Positions 57,601 through 64,000 of a DNA stretch of 64,000 nucleotides are shown one piece after another. The stretch is from Candidatus Kaiserbacteria bacterium (lineage in GTDB: Bacteria > Patescibacteriota > Minisyncoccia > Phycocordibacterales > Phycocordibacteraceae). Both the position numbers and the translations under genes were made by a program. Position 1 is the stretch's first letter, and each line of letters begins with the position of its first letter. Below the pieces are notes generated by a model. The model searched no databases, was not told where the DNA came from, and saw only the letters and a list, made by a program, of their open reading frames with translations. Where the stretch lies: the NCBI GenBank assembly GCA_963699165.1, contig OY969413.1, positions 660,562-724,561 of the forward strand, written 5' to 3'.

Positions 57601-59181
57601 CTATTCAAACCCAAACAATCCTCGCGGACGGTATTGCAACGCTTCATGCACGAATGCGGGCGTCACTTTTTCGGAACCGGCAAGGTCGGCGACGGTGCAC
57701 GCAACGCGCATGGTGCGATGATAGCTGCGCGGAGAAAGATTGAGCCGCGTCGCCGCGTTCGTGAGCGCTTCTTTCGCTTCGGCGGTAAAACCGCTTTTCT
57801 CATCGAGCTCGCGGCCGGAGAGCGCGGCATTTGTGAATCCCGGCTTGCCGGTGCGTTTCTCCGCACTCTTTCTCGCAGCGACGACTCGCTCGCGAACTTT
57901 CTCGGACGGTTCGCCGTTTGAAAGTTTTGCGAGCGTGTCATGCGGAACGAGCGGCACTTCAATCCATAAATCGAGACGGTCGACGATGGGACGCGAAATG
58001 CGGCGCGCCTGTTTTGCCGCGGCGCGAAGCGCAACGCGCGAATCGGAAGCAATGGTGTCCGCCGGATTCATCGCGGCTACAATCATGCAGTCCGCGGGAA
58101 AGGTAATCGTCGCGCGTGCGCGCGAAATGGTTACGATGCGGTCTTCGAGCGGCTGGCGAAGCGCCTCGAGCGCTCGAGAATCAAACTCGGGAAATTCGTC
58201 CAAAAACAACACGCCTTTATGCGCAAGCGTTACTTCTCCCGCCTTCGGAAAGGCGCCGCCGCCGACGATTGCAACGTGCGAAACCGAATGATGCGGCGCG
58301 CGAAATGGCGGCCAGTACACCGCTTCCCCGCCTTGCAACAGTCCGGCGGTCGAATGTATGGCCGTCACTTCAAGCATTTCATCATCGCTTAACGGCGGAA
58401 GGATTCCGGCAAGCGCGCGTGCGAGCATCGTCTTCCCCGTTCCCGGCGGTCCGTAAAAAACGATGTTGTGACGGCCTGCGGCGGCAATCTCGAGCGCGCG
58501 TTTCGCGCTCTCCTGCCCTTTTACATCGGCAAGGTCGAGCGCGGGCGGCGGCAACTGCGCACGGCGGTCGCGCACCAACCGAGGCAGCGGCCGCTCGCCT
58601 TTTAGGTGATGCAAAAGTTCCGCGAGCGAACGCGGCGCATAAATCGCCACGCCTTCCGCCAAAAGCGCCTCACGTGCATTTCCGGGCGGCACGAAAATAA
58701 TTTTTGTGCCGTGTCTTTTTGCGGCAAGTACCTGCGGCAATACGCCGCGCACATCGCGCAGCGTGCCGTCAAGTGCGAGCTCGCCGATAAAAAGCATTTC
58801 GTCGACCGGCGAGAGCACTTCGCCCGCGGCGATAAGGTATGCAAGCGCAAGCGCGAGGTCAAAATGCGAACCCTCCTTTTTCAAATCGGCGGGCGAGAGC
58901 GAAAGTACGATGCGCTTGTTCTGCTGCTTCGGAGGTTTGTAGCCCGAGTGGCGGATTGCGGCGCTGATTCTGTCTCGCGCTTCCTCGACCGCCTTGTCGG
59001 CGAGGCCGACGACGGAAAAACTGTGCAGGCCGCGCGTGAGGTCGGCTTCAACGCTGACCAATTCGGCACCGGAGCCGACCGGCTGCGCCGCAAGCGTTTT
59101 TGCGTAACCGACTTTAACCGTTGCGCTTGCGGCGCGCACAGGTGTATTAATTTTCGCGGGCGCCGTCTTTGACGCGGCCAT
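57601..59181 (-). CDS. comM: YifB/ComM Mg-chelatase-like AAA+ ATPase
   Basis: [41 protein letters not shown]. Confidence 0.9.
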   Translation of the reverse strand: MAASKTAPAKINTPVRAASATVKVGYAKTLAAQPVGSGAELVSVEADLTRGLHSFSVVGLADKAVEEARDRISAAIRHSGYKPPKQQNKRIVLSLSPADLKKEGSHFDLALALAYLIAAGEVLSPVDEMLFIGELALDGTLRDVRGVLPQVLAAKRHGTKIIFVPPGNAREALLAEGVAIYAPRSLAELLHHLKGERPLPRLVRDRRAQLPPPALDLADVKGQESAKRALEIAAAGRHNIVFYGPPGTGKTMLARALAGILPPLSDDEMLEVTAIHSTAGLLQGGEAVYWPPFRAPHHSVSHVAIVGGGAFPKAGEVTLAHKGVLFLDEFPEFDSRALEALRQPLEDRIVTISRARATITFPADCMIVAAMNPADTIASDSRVALRAAAKQARRISRPIVDRLDLWIEVPLVPHDTLAKLSNGEPSEKVRERVVAARKSAEKRTGKPGFTNAALSGRELDEKSGFTAEAKEALTNAATRLNLSPRSYHRTMRVACTVADLAGSEKVTPAFVHEALQYRPRGLFGFE

Positions 59182-59187
59182 GGAATT

Positions 59188-59556
59188 CTATAGATGCGCA
59201 ACGCACGTGAGCGCGGCCGGGTCCGCGTCGAGACGCTTCCCTTCGATGCTTTTCCCGCACACTTCGCACGTTCCGTACGTCCCGTTTCCAATCCGTTCGA
59301 GCGCCGAGAGAATCGTATCGTACCGCGCTTCGAGGTCTGCAAGGATTGCATTATTGCTTTCGTGGCTAATGACCACATCGGCCTGGTCGGCAAGGTCCGC
59401 TTCCGAGCCAATTTCCGAGGGGGCCGATTCCCAATCGTTCGGAAGAGCCGGATTTCTCCGGCCGACGCCTCCCATTTCCGTCTCGAGTTTCTTCTTCTCG
59501 GCCAAAAGCCGTTCTTTAAACCGGTCGGTATTCGTCCCGTTAGAGGCAGGTGCCAT
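59188..59556 (-). CDS. TraR/DksA C4-type zinc-finger protein
   Basis: DLADQA (DxxDxA), ALERIGNGTYGTCEVCGKSI...RL...PAALTC; the present ATG lies inside an inserted element. Confidence 0.85.
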   Translation of the reverse strand: MAPASNGTNTDRFKERLLAEKKKLETEMGGVGRRNPALPNDWESAPSEIGSEADLADQADVVISHESNNAILADLEARYDTILSALERIGNGTYGTCEVCGKSIEGKRLDADPAALTCVAHL

Positions 59557-59634
59557 GTGTTTCCGCAATTATACGTTCCGCGCTAATAATATGTAAATCC
59601 CCAAGGATATCGCAATGGCGGCCTTTAACGGGAT
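59534..59634. repeat. Long-form palindromic element at the 5' end of the dksA-like gene
   Basis: 14-bp IR GTCCCGTTAGAGGC / GCCTTTAACGGGAT (2 mismatches). Confidence 0.7.
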
Positions 59635-59663
59635 TCATGCGGGAATGATAGCAGATTGAGCTT

Positions 59664-60977
59664 TTATGTGTGCGAGTTTGCCAGCCGGCCGATTATTTCG
59701 GAAAACGCGGCCGGGTCGCGCGCAATAACGAGCGTCGTCTGATTCCAATAGCCGTACAACAAAACGATTCGGCCGGCTTCGTCGCGATATACGCGCACGT
59801 CATGATTGTTCACCGACTCGTCGTCAAAGCCCCCCCTCTTGGCCGCAATCGCAATCGTTGTCGTCGCGTTTTTTGTTGTTTTTGAGGTTGTTGTTGCGAC
59901 CGGTGCCGGTGCCGTGTTTGCCGCGGGCGCAAACGGCGGGAAAAGCGCCGCCAAATCGGTCGCCATCATCGGTTCCCAGGCAAGCATGCCCCCGAATGTC
60001 ACGCTATAAGAAGAAACCGAAAGAATGAAAAACGGACTCTGTATTCCGCCGGCATTAACGATGCCCGCCATACTTCCATCGGCATTTATATTCCGCACGA
60101 GTTCGTCCGGCGCAGACGGTTGCAAAGCGGCAAACACATTGTCCGTGCCCGTACCGGTCGTCGTTGCCAAATACAAAAGACGAACGGCACCGGCAGCAAG
60201 CGGGCTTTGGACCGAATCCTCGATTGCGCGGGACAACGCGGTGCCTTCGCCCGAGACCGACACTCGTTCATCCACGAATATCGGCGCAGCCGCCACTCCG
60301 ATAGGCGCAACCGGCGCATTCTCTGCAGTGAAATGCGTGTATGCAACATATGCGCCTATTCCGCCCAAAACCAAAAATAATACCCCCGCGGCAATATATA
60401 AAATATTCGCGATGTTCATCGGCGCTCGCTGCGGAGCATTCGGTTCCGTCGGGAGCGGCCCCGCATCCTGTTCGGCGGCGAGTATGCTTGCGGTCGACGC
60501 ATGTGTTTCCTTCAGACGATTCGAAAAATCGCTTGAGTATGTTTCAATCGGATTTTCTGCCGGCGCTTTGCGCGCGGGCGGCGGAGGCGAAGATGGCGGA
60601 AAAATTTCCACCGGTTGTGGCGCCGGCTTCGTAGGCGGCGGAATCGGCTTCGGAGCCGGTGGTGGAACCGGTGCGGAGGGAGGAACCGGTATCGGTTCAG
60701 GTTCAGGTATCGGTTCGGGCGCGGGTTCTGGAACGAACTCCGGTTCCGGTATCGGCTGCTGCATAGGAGACGGAATCGGCGGAGGAGGAACCGGCCCTTT
60801 CGATGCAGACGAACCGTCGGGCTCTGAAGAGGACTCCGAGTTCTTTGGCACAAAAGGCGCAAGATCCAGAGATCCTCCCTGCTTCACTATTTCCATATCA
60901 CCCGCAAATGTGCGGATGTACTTCTTCGGGAGCTTTCCGCCGGAACCGGCATTCGAGGTGGCATCGTGCGTTTCCAT
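59664..60977 (-). CDS. Pro-rich single-TM hypothetical protein
   Basis: IRTFAGDM, PEPEP runs, IETYSSD, TM helix, C-terminal FDDESVNNHDVRV. Confidence 0.75.
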   Translation of the reverse strand: METHDATSNAGSGGKLPKKYIRTFAGDMEIVKQGGSLDLAPFVPKNSESSSEPDGSSASKGPVPPPPIPSPMQQPIPEPEFVPEPAPEPIPEPEPIPVPPSAPVPPPAPKPIPPPTKPAPQPVEIFPPSSPPPPARKAPAENPIETYSSDFSNRLKETHASTASILAAEQDAGPLPTEPNAPQRAPMNIANILYIAAGVLFLVLGGIGAYVAYTHFTAENAPVAPIGVAAAPIFVDERVSVSGEGTALSRAIEDSVQSPLAAGAVRLLYLATTTGTGTDNVFAALQPSAPDELVRNINADGSMAGIVNAGGIQSPFFILSVSSYSVTFGGMLAWEPMMATDLAALFPPFAPAANTAPAPVATTTSKTTKNATTTIAIAAKRGGFDDESVNNHDVRVYRDEAGRIVLLYGYWNQTTLVIARDPAAFSEIIGRLANSHT

Positions 60978-61016
60978 CTCTTCTATAGTAGCGCATCGAG
61001 AGCGCTGTCACGCGAG

Positions 61017-61532
61017 TTATGCTCGGGAACCGATGGTGAACTTGCGCGGGTCGTCGCACATATCGGTAAACGCATGCGCGGCCTCCTTCAGTTTGCTCGA
61101 TGACGATTTGCCGAATGAAATGACTTCCACCTGGCAACCTTCGTTCATGTCGAGGTATTGGATGAGCGGTACGAAATCGCCGTCGCCCGTCACGAGAACG
61201 ACCGTATCGAGTTTCGGCGCCATTTTTACGGCATCGATGGCCATGCCGAGGTCCCAATCGGCTTTCTTTGCGCCGTCGGCGAAGATTTGCAGATCCTTTA
61301 CCTTGGTTTCGATGCCCATTTTCGTAAGAGCGCCGAAGAAATTATTTTCCTCGCCCGTCTCGGTTGAGATAACGTATGCGATTGCGCGCACGAGAATGCG
61401 ACCGCCGACGGCTTCTTCGAGAATTTTGCCGAAGTTAACGCGCGCTTTGTAAAGATGTTTTGCGCTGTGGTAAAGATTTTGCGTATCGATGAAGACCCCT
61501 ACCCGCTGCGCCGGATGTTTGATGACTGCCAT
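61017..61532 (-). CDS. NYN-domain (LabA/DUF88) protein
   Basis: VFIDTQNLY, KADWDLGMAID, VTGDGDFVPL. Confidence 0.9.
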   Translation of the reverse strand: MAVIKHPAQRVGVFIDTQNLYHSAKHLYKARVNFGKILEEAVGGRILVRAIAYVISTETGEENNFFGALTKMGIETKVKDLQIFADGAKKADWDLGMAIDAVKMAPKLDTVVLVTGDGDFVPLIQYLDMNEGCQVEVISFGKSSSSKLKEAAHAFTDMCDDPRKFTIGSRA

Positions 61533-61666
61533 ATAAATATGTTGTTAGTTGGTAGGGAGAAGTTTGTAGTCAAATCCGACTCCCATCGTTATTAAAATTG
61601 CGGCGCTGCCGCCGAGTTCATACTACCACCTCAAAATACGGATACCCATTCGGCGTCCGCGATCTG

Positions 61667-61933
61667 TTACTTCTTCAAACCGAGTTTTTTCGTGAGCGCG
61701 TTGTAGCGGCGCTTGTCGTGCGTCTCAAGATAGCGCAAGTGGGTGCGGCGGTCGGAAACCATCTGAAGCAGTCCTCGGCGCGAATGAAAATCCTTCTGGT
61801 TTTTCTTCAAATGCTTTGCAAGTTCGTCGATTTGCTTCGAAAGAAGCGCAACCTGAACTTCCGGCGAGCCGGTATCCTTGTCGTGTCGGGCGGCGGTTTT
61901 AATGATTGCCGTCTTTTTCTTGGTGGTAAGCAT
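61667..61933 (-). CDS. rpsO: 30S ribosomal protein S15
   Basis: DTGSPEVQVALL, DFHSRRGLL; promoter TTGCAT-17-TAATGT at 61942-61970. Confidence 0.96.
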   Translation of the reverse strand: MLTTKKKTAIIKTAARHDKDTGSPEVQVALLSKQIDELAKHLKKNQKDFHSRRGLLQMVSDRRTHLRYLETHDKRRYNALTKKLGLKK

Positions 61934-62088
61934 GTCGCGACACATTACCACGTCTTCATTATATATGCAAGTTGCGGCGGCCGTGCAAATATTATGCCAG
62001 ACAGAGCAAATTTTGCAAAATTTGCTCTCCGGCGATACTCATTTTTGAGTTGCAAATATTGTGCGCACTTTGATGCTACACTTTAAGT

Positions 62089-63009
62089 ATGGAATCTGAA
62101 GCGGCAAAGCGGCAATTTCTTGAATATATTGAAATCGAGCGCGGACGCGCCGTAAAAACAATCGAAAATTACGACCGTTATCTCACCCGCTACTTCTCGC
62201 AAATGCATATCAAGAACGTGGGCGACATCACCGAGCAAAACGTGCGCGAATTCCGTATCTGGCTCAACCGCCAACCGGGAACCAAAAGCGATTCGATGAA
62301 ACGCCGCACGCAAAATTACTACATGATTGCGCTTCGCGCCTTCCTCAAGTTCCTCAGAAAGCGCGATATTCCCGCGATTTCTCCGGAAAAAATCGAGCTC
62401 GCCAAACTCCCCGAACGCCAGCTCGACCTCATCACCTCCGCCGAGCTCGAACGCCTCATGCGCGCGCCGCGCGAAGCATTCGAAAAAGAAGGCCGTCCTG
62501 AAAAAGCCATATGCTATCTACGCGATACGGCGATTCTCGAGCTTTTGTTCTCGACCGGGCTTCGCGTCTCCGAGCTTTGCGCTCTAAATGCCGATATCGA
62601 TCTCACGCGCGACGAACTTTCCGTTCGCGGAAAGGGCGAGAAAGTACGGGTGGTATTCCTCTCCCCTGCCGCCAAAGATGCGGTACGCACCTATTTGAAA
62701 GCGAGAAAAGATATGGAGGAAGCGCTGTTTGTCGACGGCAGGCCGGGAAAGCCGCACCGCATTTCACCGCGAGACATTCAGCGGCACCTAAAGGCGTACG
62801 TCTCGCGCGCCGGCATCACAAATGTCGTCACGCCCCATACCCTCCGCCACGCTTTCGCAACGGATTTGCTGAGCAATGGCGCCGACATCCGCTCCGTACA
62901 GCAGCTTTTGGGCCATGCATCTATCAACACGACGCAAATTTACACGCATATCACCGACTCGCATTTGCGCGAGATTCACAAGAAATTCCACGGGAGAAAT
63001 AGAGTTTAA
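62089..63009 (+). CDS. XerC/XerD-like tyrosine recombinase
   Basis: STGLRVSEL, GKGEK, TPHTLRHAFATDLL, LLGHASINTTQIY. Confidence 0.9.
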   Translation: MESEAAKRQFLEYIEIERGRAVKTIENYDRYLTRYFSQMHIKNVGDITEQNVREFRIWLNRQPGTKSDSMKRRTQNYYMIALRAFLKFLRKRDIPAISPEKIELAKLPERQLDLITSAELERLMRAPREAFEKEGRPEKAICYLRDTAILELLFSTGLRVSELCALNADIDLTRDELSVRGKGEKVRVVFLSPAAKDAVRTYLKARKDMEEALFVDGRPGKPHRISPRDIQRHLKAYVSRAGITNVVTPHTLRHAFATDLLSNGADIRSVQQLLGHASINTTQIYTHITDSHLREIHKKFHGRNRV

Positions 63010-63044
63010 ACTACGGTTCCGCAAACACGGTGTAGAATATGCCT

Positions 63045-63809
63045 ATGAAAATCGTCTCATGGAACGTAAACGGCCTGCGCTCGCTTGAGAAAAACGGATA
63101 CTGGGTAGATTTTTTAAAGGGGGTAAAGCCCGACATCTTCTGCCTGCAGGAAACCAAGGCCTCGCCCGAACAGCTTTCCGAAGCATTGCTCTCCCCTGCC
63201 GGATTTTCTTCATTCTTTTCCTCATCGCAAGTCAAAAAGGGCTACAGCGGCGTCGCGCTCTATTCGAAAGTCGAACCGTTGTCGATTATTTACGGCATGG
63301 GAATAAAAGAGTTTGACCAAGAAGGTCGGCTGGTCGGTGGCGAGTTCGACGACTTCTGGCTGTTAAATGTCTACTTTCCAAACGGCGGACAAGGGCCGGA
63401 ACGGCTTGATTACAAGATGCGCTACTATGATGCCTTCCTTGGATTCGCTGAAAAATTGCGCGCAAAAAAACCGGTGATTTTCTGCGGCGACATCAACACC
63501 GCGCATGAAGAAATCGACCTTGCCCGCCCCAAAGAAAACGAAGAAAATACGGGCTTTTTGCCGGAAGAACGCGCGTGGCTCGACGAAGTCGTCGACGCCG
63601 GATACGTCGATTCGTTCCGCCATTTTCATCCGCATACAAAGGATGCCTACACTTACTGGGATATGGTGACTCGCGCACGCGATAGAAACGTTGGTTGGCG
63701 AATCGATTATTTTTTCGTATCAAGCGAGCTTTTAAAAAAAATAAAGAAGGCCGAAATACATCCTGAAATTTACGGCTCCGACCACTGCCCTCTTTCGATT
63801 ACGCTCTAA
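63045..63809 (+). CDS. xth: Exodeoxyribonuclease III
   Basis: SWNVNGLR, LQETK, GDIN, GWRIDY, GSDHCP. Confidence 0.93.
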   Translation: MKIVSWNVNGLRSLEKNGYWVDFLKGVKPDIFCLQETKASPEQLSEALLSPAGFSSFFSSSQVKKGYSGVALYSKVEPLSIIYGMGIKEFDQEGRLVGGEFDDFWLLNVYFPNGGQGPERLDYKMRYYDAFLGFAEKLRAKKPVIFCGDINTAHEEIDLARPKENEENTGFLPEERAWLDEVVDAGYVDSFRHFHPHTKDAYTYWDMVTRARDRNVGWRIDYFFVSSELLKKIKKAEIHPEIYGSDHCPLSITL

Positions 63810-64000
63810 AGGACACGTTATCCACAGCGTGTCCTTTACATTGTCTTTAATAGATATATCTTTACCACAGGAGGTAGTTCCTTACTGGCTCTTTGGAATC
63901 GGCACTAATTTGTTTGTCGTTTTCGGTCCCTGCCTACGCTCGGCGGCGAATCCGCCCTTAAGTACTGCGCACGGAGATCTTGCGGCTGGCACAGAAGTGC

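Noticed and set aside
62089-63009. Tyrosine recombinase as a prophage or island integrase
   Set aside because: It looks like a housekeeping Xer-type enzyme between rpsO and xth, with no att repeats or phage genes nearby
63860-64000. Possible structured ncRNA at the window end
   Set aside because: No tmRNA, RNase P or SRP signature recognised, and the region is truncated by the window edge

Overview
This 64-kb window looks like a Patescibacteria (CPR, Parcubacteria-like) chromosome. That is an inference from the absence of rpmD, many apparently leaderless genes and CPR-style secreted or Pro-rich proteins. The core is the str-S10-spc ribosomal protein cluster on the minus strand (rpsL to secY, then gmk, adk, map, ndk), broken into several transcription units by inserted genes. 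There are two IS1595-family copies (844 bp, 8-bp TSDs), two IS481-like copies (1080 bp), an MNT-HEPN toxin-antitoxin islet bounded by a duplicated fusA 3' end, and an array of secreted proteins. The right-hand part holds housekeeping genes (rsmA, pcrA, comM, a dksA-like gene, rpsO, a Xer-like recombinase, xth). Three signals stand out. (1) A family of 64-104 bp palindromic elements (CCGTTAGA...TCTAACGG) sits inside rplV, rpsQ, rpmC and a dksA-like gene; the short forms add about 22 aa in frame, and the long forms land just after the start codon and supply a new in-frame ATG. (2) Both IS481-like copies end exactly 5 bp upstream of a TTGACG -35 box and take their transposase stop codon from it. 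(3) A TrpR-like gene is bracketed by two long perfect palindromes that share an 18-bp core. No rRNA, intact tRNA or CRISPR array was recognised. All calls come from reading the sequence by eye; no searches were run.
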